A stretch of DNA of 64,000 nucleotides from Myxococcales bacterium (GTDB lineage Bacteria; Myxococcota_A; UBA9042; UBA3505): assembly GCA_002728755.1 (NCBI GenBank), contig PBVT01000035.1, positions 22,260 through 86,259 of the forward strand, written 5' to 3'. A model generated the notes under the pieces. The model searched no databases and was not told the DNA's origin. It worked only from the letters and a program-made list of their open reading frames with translations. Below, one piece after another: positions 45,416-55,562 of this stretch; position 1 is the stretch's first letter, and each line of letters starts with the position of its first letter. The position numbers and the translations under genes were made by a program.

Positions 45416-47254
45416 ATGTGCCTTCGCATTATAAGTTTGTTTTTCATCGCCTCGCTCTGGATAAGCTGCGCGCCAGACGAGAGTTCAGAACAAATTGGTG
45501 AAGGCAGTGGTATCTCGGTGGTCTGGGCCGAACTATCGCAAGACGGTGTCTGTTCACCAGCGCCTGATAGTAATGATGCGGAACAGTTGGTTCTTGGGGA
45601 CGGCTTTCCTGCTGATATCGACCGACTGGTAATACGCATCTTCAACGGCCAAGCCGTGCAAGAGCGGGTGTTTCACCTCGACTCCACGGAATTATCTGGA
45701 CGAGGTATCCTCCTCGCGGACCAGATTGTCCCAGAGATCCCCTATACGTTGCAGATTTTTGGCTGCCAGGGCTCCGACTCAGCCCCCCGCTGGAACGGTC
45801 TCTTAACCAACGTCATAGTGGAGAAACATACAAAAAAGGGGCTCCACATTTTACTTACGCCGGAAGATGCGCTCGCCTGTCCAACCGAATCCGTACTGGT
45901 AGGCGATGTACACGTGGGGCAATCGCAACCGCCCGAGCCTGTAAGCTTCCCGGCTACGGCGAAACTGGATAATGGCAATTCGATTATTCTTGGTGGAGCA
46001 CAGGTGGAAAATAATGTTTTCACCATGTCCGATACGATCGTTTTGTTCCACACCAATACAGGAACCTATGTGCCACTGCAGGGAGGGTTGACCATTCCCA
46101 GGGCGATGGCGAATACCACCACGCTAAACGATGGCAACATTCTAGTCATGGGTGGCACGACATCTCTTGAAACCAAGGGAAGTGACCTCTCCAAACCGTT
46201 CTTCCACCCTGGTTCCAGTCCAACTCCATTAACGGCTGATCATTTTGTTGAGTACATCGACGTAGACACCGGTCAGAGCACAGCCCTGAAGATCCAGGGG
46301 GCGTTCACCGCCGGAGTGCACTCCCTTCCTTTGATGGCTGCTACCTCTTACGATGTTGTGCGAGACAATCTGTTCATTGTGGGAGGGATCGACGCCAACC
46401 TCGACCAACCCTTCTCTAAGATGATTCGCGTACACGGGCTTCTGACCAATCCGGGTGCGCCTCTTATCGAAGTTGTTGATCTGGTGACCCCCCGCGTTGG
46501 TAGCCAGCTTCTTCAATTGCCTACAGGAGATGTCATCGTATTCGGCGGAAACCCTGATGGTGAAGGTTCGAATATCGTCGAGTGGATGAACGCGGCAGGT
46601 ACTGTGAGTGGAGTTCTCCCCATAAGTTTCAAGGGAGGCTTAACGGTCGATACAGTTCGATCCCCAAGCTACGGAACCGCAGTGGCTCTTCCATCCTCCG
46701 GTGATACACACCGCTTTCTCCTCTTTGGTGGAATGGCTCCGACGGGCGGTAGCTATCTCTCCACGATTGACCTGGACACACCATACGAGCTGGCGGTCGA
46801 TACAAGTACTACACCTCCTGGACTCACCCTACGTCCGATTCCCCTCGATGATTCGACCCTGGGGCTGACCCGACGCTCCTTCTTCGGCATGGACGTCGTC
46901 GACTCGAAACGCATCGTTATCGCCGGCGGGATCGCTGGCCTCGACACGATTGAAGGTTTTGATGGGTGCGATCCAGCACTAAACGATCTTGGTCAATGCC
47001 TCCGAGACGACGCTGTGGTGATTGAATATACCGATTCAGGAAAAACGAACGGCCCTGCGATGACCATCAAGGCCGAGACTACGATTGGACCATCCGTAGG
47101 AATTCGCACGCAAGCCCGCAATGACGGAGCGATTCTACTAACGACGGGGTTGAACGTCGTTGGCGGCGGCACACCATCGACAGGAGCAATCTCCATTCTC
47201 TGGAACCCATTGCTACCTGCGGATGCGAAGTTATGCGATGCATCAAAACCCTAA
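45416..47254 (+). CDS. lipoprotein with Kelch-like beta-propeller repeats
   Basis: Signal MCLRIISLFFIASLWISC. Periodic blade-like motifs end in hydrophobic-x-GG (IILGG, ILVMGG, LFIVGG, VIVFGG, FLLFGG, IVIAGG). Confidence 0.55.
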   Translation: MCLRIISLFFIASLWISCAPDESSEQIGEGSGISVVWAELSQDGVCSPAPDSNDAEQLVLGDGFPADIDRLVIRIFNGQAVQERVFHLDSTELSGRGILLADQIVPEIPYTLQIFGCQGSDSAPRWNGLLTNVIVEKHTKKGLHILLTPEDALACPTESVLVGDVHVGQSQPPEPVSFPATAKLDNGNSIILGGAQVENNVFTMSDTIVLFHTNTGTYVPLQGGLTIPRAMANTTTLNDGNILVMGGTTSLETKGSDLSKPFFHPGSSPTPLTADHFVEYIDVDTGQSTALKIQGAFTAGVHSLPLMAATSYDVVRDNLFIVGGIDANLDQPFSKMIRVHGLLTNPGAPLIEVVDLVTPRVGSQLLQLPTGDVIVFGGNPDGEGSNIVEWMNAAGTVSGVLPISFKGGLTVDTVRSPSYGTAVALPSSGDTHRFLLFGGMAPTGGSYLSTIDLDTPYELAVDTSTTPPGLTLRPIPLDDSTLGLTRRSFFGMDVVDSKRIVIAGGIAGLDTIEGFDGCDPALNDLGQCLRDDAVVIEYTDSGKTNGPAMTIKAETTIGPSVGIRTQARNDGAILLTTGLNVVGGGTPSTGAISILWNPLLPADAKLCDASKP

Positions 47255-47318
47255 CGCTGTACGTGAATAAATATCCGTGGGTTGATCCAAGCCGTATCCG
47301 CATGTCATAAGCAGCAAC

Positions 47319-49493
47319 ATGCTGTTCGAGCAAGAGAATCGGGATGATGAATCCCACGTTCTGGTAGGCCGCGTAAATCGGGTGGTCTTCCGATCCGAAG
47401 ATGGCTTTGCCGTACTTCGTATCGCGGTGGAAGATAGTCCATCGACTACCGTAGCGGTTGGTACGATCGGAACTCTCCACGAAGGAGACAGCGTACGCCT
47501 TTCTGGATCCTGGCAGGAGCATCAGCGGTTTGGTCGTCAGTTCCGCGTCGATAGTTACCAAAAGGTGATGCCGCAAACCGTTGTCGGTGTGGAGGCGTAT
47601 TTAGCCCGCGTTCCGGATATCGGCCCCAAGATCGCAGAACGGCTGGTTGGGCATTTCGGTGTCGCCGTTCTCGAAATTATTGCCGATAGCCCTTCGCGCC
47701 TACGGGAAGTACCAGGTATCGGAAAGAAACGCGCCACATCAATTATCAAAGCATTGGACGACGATGTACAAACTCGTGAGGCGCTGATCTTTCTACAGGG
47801 GTTGGGAATTCCGTTGGGGATTTCCCATCGCTTATTGACCACTTATGGCACCGAAGTAATAGAGCGCGTTCGCTCCAATCCGTACGGTCTTGTGGAAGAG
47901 ATCGGTGGAGTTGGCTTTCGAACCGCAGATAGTATTGCACAGGCTCTTGGGATCCCTGCAGACCACCCGCACCGACTCCGGGCCGGCTTGAGCCATTGTC
48001 TGGTGAAGGCTCGTGATTCCGGCCATCTGTATCTGCCTCGGACAGAGTTGGTTGAAGCAACCACGACCTTATTGGATGTAGCGCAGACCGATATTGAAGC
48101 CATCCTCCTGGACATGACAGACGAGGCTTTGGTCTGCAATATACCGGGTACCGACGACTGGCTCGGGTTAACCGAGCATTACGAGTTAGAGCAACAAATT
48201 GCTTCGCGGCTTCAACAACTTCAAGATGGACCAGGAGGACCTGCACCTCGAACCGATGAAATCGAATTCGCGCAGGACCAACTCGGGCTACCCCTCAACG
48301 AAGAACAAATCGCAGCCATTGAGACCGCCGTCCGAAACCCTGTTTCGGTGATTACAGGGGGTCCGGGTACTGGCAAAACGACAATTTTGCGCGGGACGCT
48401 TGCCCTACTTCAACGTCGTGGACACCTCGTCGCGTTAGCAGCCCCCACAGGCCGCGCTGCGCGACGTCTTACGGAAACGTCGGGTGCCCTCGCAAAGACC
48501 ATCCACCGACTCCTCGAATATAGTCCACAGTCGGAGTCATTCACTCGTGACGAGGACAACCCCCTCCCGGCCGACTTCATCATCGTCGACGAAGTCTCCA
48601 TGGTCGATGTGCCATTGATGGTCTCTCTATGCAGAGCACTTAAGGATGGTGCCGCGCTAATTCTCGTGGGGGACGCAGACCAACTCCCGTCGGTGGGTCC
48701 CGGTCTGGTTCTACACGATATCATCGCCTCGAATGTGGTTCCCGTTGTACGTCTAAAGCGTGTCTATCGGCAGTCAGACGCCTCTCTTATCGTGGAAAAC
48801 GCTCATCGTATCCTCAACGGCGACTCACCCACGGCGCCAGATGCCAACACCGAATTGACTGATTTCTACACGGTTCACCTGGATGATCCGTATGATATCC
48901 GTTCGGCAATTCAGGCCATGATACTACGCCGGATACCGGAACGGTTTGGGCTCGATCCACGAACCGATATACAGATTCTCGTTCCAATGCATCGAGGTCT
49001 CTTAGGCGCAGAGAGCCTGAACGAATGGTTGCAAGATCTCCTGAACCCCGATGGTGTCGTCATCAATAAGCGGGGAAATCTTCGCGTTGGCGATCGCGTG
49101 ATTCAAGTCCGTAATAACTATGAACTGGATGTAGCCAACGGCGACGTCGGGATCTTGATGGGGCGCGGCGTTGACGATGGATCTGTCATCGTCCGATTTG
49201 ATGACCGGGACGTCACATTTCCCGCAGACGGACAAGATGGTCTTCGGCTGGCGTATGCCCTGTCGATTCATAAGTCGCAGGGTTCCGAATACCCCGCGGT
49301 CATCCTACCGGTACATACGCAGCATTATATGATGCTGCGTCGAAACCTTCTCTATACCGCCGTCACGCGTGGGCGACGTCTTGTAGTGCTGGTTGGTAGC
49401 AAACGTGCCGTGGGTATCGCCATTTCCAAAAACGATGCCATCGCACGCTATACCCTGCTCGCGGAGCTTCTCCGAGCGCAGGCCGGTGTTTGA
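47319..49493 (+). CDS. recD2: RecD2-type SF1 ATP-dependent DNA helicase
   Basis: N-terminal OB-like start (GRVNRVVFRSEDGFAVLRI), HhH (VPGIGKKRATSII), Walker A GGPGTGKTT, DEVSMVD, VGDADQLPSVGPG, C-terminal YALSIHKSQGSEYP...TAVTRG. Confidence 0.88.
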   Translation: MLFEQENRDDESHVLVGRVNRVVFRSEDGFAVLRIAVEDSPSTTVAVGTIGTLHEGDSVRLSGSWQEHQRFGRQFRVDSYQKVMPQTVVGVEAYLARVPDIGPKIAERLVGHFGVAVLEIIADSPSRLREVPGIGKKRATSIIKALDDDVQTREALIFLQGLGIPLGISHRLLTTYGTEVIERVRSNPYGLVEEIGGVGFRTADSIAQALGIPADHPHRLRAGLSHCLVKARDSGHLYLPRTELVEATTTLLDVAQTDIEAILLDMTDEALVCNIPGTDDWLGLTEHYELEQQIASRLQQLQDGPGGPAPRTDEIEFAQDQLGLPLNEEQIAAIETAVRNPVSVITGGPGTGKTTILRGTLALLQRRGHLVALAAPTGRAARRLTETSGALAKTIHRLLEYSPQSESFTRDEDNPLPADFIIVDEVSMVDVPLMVSLCRALKDGAALILVGDADQLPSVGPGLVLHDIIASNVVPVVRLKRVYRQSDASLIVENAHRILNGDSPTAPDANTELTDFYTVHLDDPYDIRSAIQAMILRRIPERFGLDPRTDIQILVPMHRGLLGAESLNEWLQDLLNPDGVVINKRGNLRVGDRVIQVRNNYELDVANGDVGILMGRGVDDGSVIVRFDDRDVTFPADGQDGLRLAYALSIHKSQGSEYPAVILPVHTQHYMMLRRNLLYTAVTRGRRLVVLVGSKRAVGIAISKNDAIARYTLLAELLRAQAGV

Positions 49494-49524
49494 TCCCGAA
49501 AAAACACCCCCACTTGAAGATTCC

Positions 49525-51063
49525 ATGGACCAGAAACATTTTACAGAAGCGCTCCGAGAAGCCCTCGATGCACGCCAACCGGTTGGGACCCCCTCCAAAC
49601 CTCTGGCCCAGGCGATCGCATTGCTAGAGGTGCTAGCGGTTCAAAGTGACGTGCATCCAAAGTGGAAAATGGCGAAAAGCCACCTCGCTCCGGTGCTCCA
49701 ACGAGGCACCTATGGTATCGACCGCCTGGCGTATGACGCCCTTGTTCAACTGGGGATCTACAGCTCACACGAATATCGTGAACTACGGAAACACGGGCGA
49801 CACACACCGTTTTCGGACACCGTTCTGGAAGATGCAGCGCAATTAGCTACACAGGCCCAGACGGCCGAAGCGACCTCTACGGCTCTTCGTTCCTTTGCCA
49901 TCGACGATGCCGTAACCAGCGACGTCGATGATGCAATCGCTATCGAACGATCGGGCGATACATATATCGTTCATATACTGATTGCAGACGTGGCCAGTGC
50001 CGTGCCGTTGGATTCTCCTACCGGACAGGAAGCTCTTGAGCGGGTAGGAACTCTTTATCTCCCGGATCGCAACATACCAATGATGCCAGCCTGTCTTTCC
50101 GAAGACGCTCTCAGCTTGAGTGATGGTCAGCCATCACGTGTTCTTGATTTCCAGGTGGAGCTAACGGCAGAGGGGGAACCGATCGGAGTTGAGGTTGTCT
50201 CCACCTCTGTCCAGATAACAAGCAAGCTCACCTATGATCAGGTGGACAGCCTCCTCACAAAAGATCCGGCGCCAGATGACGCCACTACGAATGACCTGCG
50301 ATTACTGCAGAGCCTCGCCAGTAGAATCCGAGACCGGCGCCGTAGAAACGGGGCCGTAATATGGCAACCACACACATTCCGTGTACGCGGCGAATCCGAC
50401 GGCTCCATTCGTATCGACAAACAGCCCAACGACTCCAAAGCCCGAAATATGATTTCGGAATACATGATACTAGCCGGCACCATGGCGGCGGAATATCTGA
50501 CCGCCCGGTCCATACCCGCCATTTATCGGGTACAGGACCTGTTCGAGCTGCACATCGACTCTCCGCTTCCTCCTTCGGATCACGCAGATATTTTTGAGCG
50601 GTTCCGCCAATTACGACCCGCTAAAGCGACTTTACATCCCGGAGGCCACGGAGGCCTTGGTGTCCCATCGTATGTGCAGGTAACCAGCCCCATCCGCCGC
50701 GCGGCCGACTATCTCATTCAATTGCAGCTTACATCATTCATCAATACGGGCAGCCCCCTTCTTTCCCGATCCGAACTTCAACACCATATGGCAGGGTTGG
50801 AGGCGGCCAGAAAGAGTAATCAGCGCATCATGTTTGACGCCCATAGATCCTGGATCCTGCGTCATTATGAGGAGCAGGTCGGACGAACGGTTCGGGCCGA
50901 AGTCATCGGAATCCAACATCGGAGAGTAGAGCTCTTTCTTCTCGATACTGGCTTTCGCACATTCTGGTCCGCATCAAAGACTGTGTCCCTGGGGCAACGC
51001 CTGGATCTGCGCATCTCGCAAGTGGACCACTGGTCGAGGCGACTGTTTTTGAAACGGGCGTGA
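49525..51063 (+). CDS. RNB-domain exoribonuclease (RNase II/R family) without N-terminal cold-shock domains
   Basis: RNB motif FAIDDAVTSDVDDAIAIE, later SPIRRAADYLIQLQL, and a short S1-like C-terminus. I prefer ATG 49525, because the ORF-tool start 49393 would overlap recD2 by 101 nt. Confidence 0.75.
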   Translation: MDQKHFTEALREALDARQPVGTPSKPLAQAIALLEVLAVQSDVHPKWKMAKSHLAPVLQRGTYGIDRLAYDALVQLGIYSSHEYRELRKHGRHTPFSDTVLEDAAQLATQAQTAEATSTALRSFAIDDAVTSDVDDAIAIERSGDTYIVHILIADVASAVPLDSPTGQEALERVGTLYLPDRNIPMMPACLSEDALSLSDGQPSRVLDFQVELTAEGEPIGVEVVSTSVQITSKLTYDQVDSLLTKDPAPDDATTNDLRLLQSLASRIRDRRRRNGAVIWQPHTFRVRGESDGSIRIDKQPNDSKARNMISEYMILAGTMAAEYLTARSIPAIYRVQDLFELHIDSPLPPSDHADIFERFRQLRPAKATLHPGGHGGLGVPSYVQVTSPIRRAADYLIQLQLTSFINTGSPLLSRSELQHHMAGLEAARKSNQRIMFDAHRSWILRHYEEQVGRTVRAEVIGIQHRRVELFLLDTGFRTFWSASKTVSLGQRLDLRISQVDHWSRRLFLKRA

Positions 51064-51142
51064 TGAACATCCTGCCCATGTGATGGTTGACATCATGGGG
51101 GTAGGTTCATAGTTATCGACCTCGCATTTGCCAGAGGACTCC

Positions 51143-51427
51143 ATGCCGATTTCCCATGAAGACGTCGAACACGTGGCCAAACTGGCACGCCTACAACTTT
51201 CTGCTGCTGAAGTAGAACAAATGGCCCAGGAGCTGGGTACGATACTCGACTACGTCGCGCGTCTAGACTCTCTCGATCTGGATACTGTCGACCCCAACTT
51301 CTACGAAGCATCCGAAAACCTGCCTCAAAGAGAGGATGAACCGCAGGATTCTCTCCCCCAAAGCGATGCTTTAGAGAACGCCCCAGATGACGATGGCTGC
51401 TTCTTTATTGTCCCCAGGGTGGTGTGA
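51143..51427 (+). CDS. gatC: Asp/Glu-tRNA amidotransferase subunit C
   Basis: MPISHEDVEHVAKLARLQLSAAEVEQ is a typical GatC N-terminus. GAGGA lies upstream of ATG 51143; the ORF-tool start 51128 is TTG. Confidence 0.85.
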   Translation: MPISHEDVEHVAKLARLQLSAAEVEQMAQELGTILDYVARLDSLDLDTVDPNFYEASENLPQREDEPQDSLPQSDALENAPDDDGCFFIVPRVV

Positions 51428-52941
51428 TGACCGCGTCCTCGCCCAATCTGTTATTCGGTACAATCGACGAAGCCCGCACTGCTCTCGCGGATGGTTCGAT
51501 TACGAGTACCGCCTTAACCCAATCGGTGTTCGACCATATTGAGGCTATCGAGGCCGACGTACATGCGTTTATTCGACTCGACCGCTCCAACGCCATGGAA
51601 GCTGCGAAAGAAGCCGACCAGCGACGCGAACAAGGGGCGACCCTGGGTCCACTCGATGGAATCCCCATCTCCATTAAGGACCAAATCGTTACCAAAGGAC
51701 TCGAAACAACGGCCGGCTCAAAGATACTCAGTGGTTATATCCCTCCGTACGACGCAACCGTTGTTCAGCGACTTAAGAAAGCCGGCGCTATCATTCTTGG
51801 AAAGAATAACCAGGACGAATTCGCGATGGGCTCGTCCACCGAATATTCAGCCTATGGAGCCACCAGTAACCCCTACGATTTGAGTCGAGTGCCGGGTGGT
51901 TCCTCGGGCGGTTCGGCCGCCGCCGTTGCTGCTGGCGCCGGGTTCGCGAGCCTCGGAACGGATACAGGTGGTTCGATCCGGCAACCGGCAGCATTTTGTG
52001 GCGTCGTGGGAGTGAAACCTACCTACGGCCGAGTAAGTCGATTTGGAAGCATCGCCTTTGCCAGCAGTCTGGACCAGATCGGACCCATAACCCGGACCGT
52101 CCGAGACGCAGCCCATATGTTACAGGCTATCGGAGGACCGGACCCTAGAGACAGCACCTGCCGGGACACTCCGATGCCCGACCTGCTCTCGTCACTGGAA
52201 GACGGTGCGAAAGGGCTTCGTATCGGCATCGTCAAAGAGGCGTTTGAGCCGGATGGTCTGGACCCTGAGATCTCCAGCCGCGTGATGGAGACGGCCAACC
52301 AGCTTGCCGCCGCAGGAGCCGAGTTGGTTCCGGTCTCCATACCCAGCCTTCCCCACGCTATCGCAGCATATTATCTCACGGCGACCGCAGAAGCCTCCAG
52401 TAATCTGGCTCGCTACGATGGGGTTCGTTACGGGCAAAGGGCCGATATCGGCGATGTACGCAAAGCCAATCTCGTAGATATGTATAACCAAACCCGGTCG
52501 GAGGGTTTTGGGCCAGAAGTGAAGCGACGTATACTGCTTGGAACCTACGCTCTATCGGCTGGGTACTACGACGCATTCTACGTAAAAGCACAGCGGGTAC
52601 GGACCCTGATTGGTCGCGATTTCCAACGAGCCTTCCAGCAATGTGACGCTCTATGCCTACCAACAAGTCCTGTAGCACCCTTTGCCCAAGGCGAACGCAC
52701 AGCGGACCCCCTACAGATGTACCTGGCAGACATCTACACGATTGCCTGTAATCTGGCGCGTGTCTGCGCTGTGAGTGTCCCAGCCGGACTCGATGCCAGC
52801 GGGTTGCCTGTCGGGGTTCAATTCATCTGCAATCATATGCAAGAGCCCATGTTATTACGTGTAGCACGGGCCTGCGAAGTGCAGACCGGTGGGTACAACC
52901 CTCCAACTCCCATTCAGGGCCTGTCGGCGGAGGGGGGCTGA
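51427..52941 (+). CDS. gatA: Asp/Glu-tRNA amidotransferase subunit A (amidase signature)
   Basis: TGATG overlap with gatC. Amidase signature GGSSGGSAAAVAAG and KD...T.GS. Confidence 0.93.
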   Translation: MTASSPNLLFGTIDEARTALADGSITSTALTQSVFDHIEAIEADVHAFIRLDRSNAMEAAKEADQRREQGATLGPLDGIPISIKDQIVTKGLETTAGSKILSGYIPPYDATVVQRLKKAGAIILGKNNQDEFAMGSSTEYSAYGATSNPYDLSRVPGGSSGGSAAAVAAGAGFASLGTDTGGSIRQPAAFCGVVGVKPTYGRVSRFGSIAFASSLDQIGPITRTVRDAAHMLQAIGGPDPRDSTCRDTPMPDLLSSLEDGAKGLRIGIVKEAFEPDGLDPEISSRVMETANQLAAAGAELVPVSIPSLPHAIAAYYLTATAEASSNLARYDGVRYGQRADIGDVRKANLVDMYNQTRSEGFGPEVKRRILLGTYALSAGYYDAFYVKAQRVRTLIGRDFQRAFQQCDALCLPTSPVAPFAQGERTADPLQMYLADIYTIACNLARVCAVSVPAGLDASGLPVGVQFICNHMQEPMLLRVARACEVQTGGYNPPTPIQGLSAEGG

Positions 52942-54416
52942 TGTCACGCTACGCCATGGAGTCCATCCTTGAACGCTGGGAGCCGGTTATTGGACTGGAG
53001 GTGCACGCCCAACTGAAGACCAGGACAAAGATCTTCTGTGGCTGCCCCACAAACTTCGGCGGAGAGCCCAACACTCACGTCTGTCCTGTGTGCCTGGGTC
53101 ATCCGGGCACATTACCTGTGCTCAATCAATCGGCGGTAAAGATGGCCATAGCCACAGGGCTTGGCCTGCATTGTACAGTAACCACCGAGAGCGTCTTTGC
53201 TCGCAAAAACTACTTCTATCCAGATCTTCCGAAGGGATATCAGATCAGCCAATTCGACAAACCGATATGCACCGAAGGCTGGCTTGAGATCGTCTTACCC
53301 GAACGAACGTTCCGAGCCGGTATTGAGCGCGTCCACATGGAAGAAGACGCGGGAAAGAATCTACACGATGCGCAGACCGGGTTAAGCCAGGTTGATTTCA
53401 ACCGAACGGGTGTCCCCCTGGTGGAGATTGTCGGAAAACCCGATCTTCATTCCGCCGAAGAGGCTATGGCCTATCTGAAAGAGTTACGAAACATCCTGCG
53501 TTATCTGGATGTATGCGACGGAAACCTGGAGGAGGGATCGTTCCGTTGCGATGCCAACGTGTCCATTCGACCGAGTGGAACAGAGCCGCTGGGGACGCGA
53601 GTCGAAATAAAGAACATCAACTCCTTCCGCAATGTGGGGCGTGCGCTGGGTTACGAGATCCGACGCCAGGCTCGTGCCCTGGAGTCGGGCGATGCAATCG
53701 TACTGGAAACAAGGCTGTTCGACGCAGATACCGGGCAGACCCAGTCGATGCGAAGTAAGGAAGAAAGTGCCGACTACCGTTATTTCCCAGATCCGGACCT
53801 ACTACCCCTTCGCCTGGACCAAACCATAATCGAAGAGGTGCGCTCGACGCTTCCTCCGCTCCCAGAAGACGTTCGCAGTCGCTTTAACGAACAGTACGGC
53901 CTACGTCCCTATGATATAGCGGTGCTAACCGACGAGAAAGATCTGGCGCTGTTCTACGAGGAGATCGTTACAAGTGGGGCGGACGCATTAGCTGCCAGCA
54001 AATGGGTTCAGACCGAGGTTCTGGGCCGACTGTCTGGAGATAAGCTGACGGTATCCGACTGCCCGGTACCGCCGGAAAGGATTGCTCGTCTACTGACCCA
54101 TCAGAGCGAGGGACGAATAACGGGCAAGATGGCAAAAGACATCTTCGAAAAGATGTGGCGCGAAGACGCCGATCCGGACAAAGAGGTCGAGCAAATCGGT
54201 GGCGTGATCTCGGACGACGCCGATCTGCGTCGCATTTGTGGAGAGATCGCGACGCAATTCCCGGATGAAACGGCTCAATTTCTAGCGGGAAAAACAAAAG
54301 TTCTTGGCTTCCTCATGGGTCAATTGATGCGACAAACGAAAGGAAAAGCCGATCCGAAGAAGGCCTCGAAACTACTTCGAGAGACCCTGGAAGCAATCGG
54401 AACCGAAGGAAAGTAG
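52941..54416 (+). CDS. gatB: Asp/Glu-tRNA amidotransferase subunit B
   Basis: TGATG overlap with gatA. WEPVIGLEVHAQL, CPVCLGHPGTLP, C-terminal YqeY-like tail. Confidence 0.93.
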   Translation: MSRYAMESILERWEPVIGLEVHAQLKTRTKIFCGCPTNFGGEPNTHVCPVCLGHPGTLPVLNQSAVKMAIATGLGLHCTVTTESVFARKNYFYPDLPKGYQISQFDKPICTEGWLEIVLPERTFRAGIERVHMEEDAGKNLHDAQTGLSQVDFNRTGVPLVEIVGKPDLHSAEEAMAYLKELRNILRYLDVCDGNLEEGSFRCDANVSIRPSGTEPLGTRVEIKNINSFRNVGRALGYEIRRQARALESGDAIVLETRLFDADTGQTQSMRSKEESADYRYFPDPDLLPLRLDQTIIEEVRSTLPPLPEDVRSRFNEQYGLRPYDIAVLTDEKDLALFYEEIVTSGADALAASKWVQTEVLGRLSGDKLTVSDCPVPPERIARLLTHQSEGRITGKMAKDIFEKMWREDADPDKEVEQIGGVISDDADLRRICGEIATQFPDETAQFLAGKTKVLGFLMGQLMRQTKGKADPKKASKLLRETLEAIGTEGK

Positions 54417-54437
54417 AACCCTTCGTTCGAAAGGGTT
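54417..54437 (+). terminator. weak hairpin immediately after gatB
   Basis: AACCCTT-cgttcga-AAGGGTT starts right after the TAG stop. It has no U-run, so its function as a terminator is doubtful. Confidence 0.2.
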
Positions 54438-54497
54438 GCATGTGGATTACACATCTCCTAGGCTAGCCATCGACGTAGACGGCGGGGAAGCATCTTG

Positions 54498-55502
54498 ATG
54501 GTGTTGGTGGTCCATGGCTCCAATGAATTCCGAACGGCCTTAAAGGTGGCCTTCGACGACCGGCCTGCCCTACATATCTGCGCCGCAGACGAAATACCTA
54601 CGGGCAGTCGCATAGTAATGCGAATCGCCGAGGCCATTGATGATTTGCCCGCACGCGAGACCGACATTCCCCATGTGGTGATCGGACAAGCAGGATCTGA
54701 CACCTCGGTCATGTATTGCCTTCCCGATCCCACAAATGGAGTTCCAAGTGGGCTCCGTAACCTGATCGCACTCCTCGATGAAACAACGACCTCGATATCG
54801 GTTTGGGAGACGATCGGAGAGCGCCTAGAAGAATACGTATCGGTGGTCCACCATGATCTGAGTGAGCCCGCCCGGAACATGTCGTTTTTTGCCGAGTTCC
54901 TGAAAACGAAACGAGTAACGGACGAAGAGTCTGTCGAAGATTTTTTAAGTCGTATCCATGTATCTGGAGAACGCCTTCAAAGATTATTGAAAGATATAAC
55001 TCGCTACGCGCGCGTTTGGCTCCGCCCGGTCGAGATGGAGCAACTGGAAGCCGACGATATCATCATGATCGTTGGAGAAGCGTTCGAGCTGGCACAGACG
55101 AGAGCGAATAATTTCGAGCAACAACTCTCGGTCGAGGGGTCTTGTCGACTGGATGTTCCGCGTAGGTTTCTGCAAACCATCCTCGTAGAGCTCCTCGCCA
55201 ACGCCATAGAATTCCATCCGGAAGGTGGCGAAACCATACGCCTCCGGTTCGCGCCAAGTCAGGAGCCTGGATATATCGACCTCCGTGTTGAAGATGATGG
55301 GCCAGGGCTGGTCGCGCCGTCTGGTGGCCGTCTGTTTCGCCCCTTTTACCGCGGAAGTCGGGATAACGAGCTACGAACGGGGATTGGGTTGGCTCTTGTT
55401 CGTGCCATGGCAGAACGAGCTGGTGGAGTGGCAGAAACAGAGCCTAAATCAGACGATGAGCGAGCACTGGTGGTCGTTCGTTTAAAAGGTCACGAGACCT
55501 GA
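54498..55502 (+). CDS. soluble histidine kinase with degenerate receiver-like N-terminal domain
   Basis: H-box VVHHDLSEPARN, N-box LLANAIEF, G-boxes EDDGPGL and GIGLALV, and no TM helix. The N-terminal ~110 aa has a REC-like beta-alpha pattern, but VLVVHGS sits where DD is usual. Confidence 0.8.
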   Translation: MVLVVHGSNEFRTALKVAFDDRPALHICAADEIPTGSRIVMRIAEAIDDLPARETDIPHVVIGQAGSDTSVMYCLPDPTNGVPSGLRNLIALLDETTTSISVWETIGERLEEYVSVVHHDLSEPARNMSFFAEFLKTKRVTDEESVEDFLSRIHVSGERLQRLLKDITRYARVWLRPVEMEQLEADDIIMIVGEAFELAQTRANNFEQQLSVEGSCRLDVPRRFLQTILVELLANAIEFHPEGGETIRLRFAPSQEPGYIDLRVEDDGPGLVAPSGGRLFRPFYRGSRDNELRTGIGLALVRAMAERAGGVAETEPKSDDERALVVVRLKGHET

Positions 55503-55562
55503 TTCGAACCCTCGGTTTAAACAAAGACGCTCGAATGGAAAAAATCGGCTACAATAGCCGGT

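Noticed and set aside
45166-45645. 159-aa minus-strand ORF spanning the pilin/Kelch-lipoprotein intergenic region
   Set aside because: It overlaps both flanking well-supported genes, and its translation is low-complexity with Ser/Pro/Cys bias. It has no signal or family features, so it is most likely a shadow ORF.
49393-49524. N-terminal extension of the RNB gene overlapping recD2 by 101 nt
   Set aside because: The extension is in a different frame from the conserved recD2 C-terminus and reads as non-protein-like. The in-frame ATG at 49525 removes the overlap.
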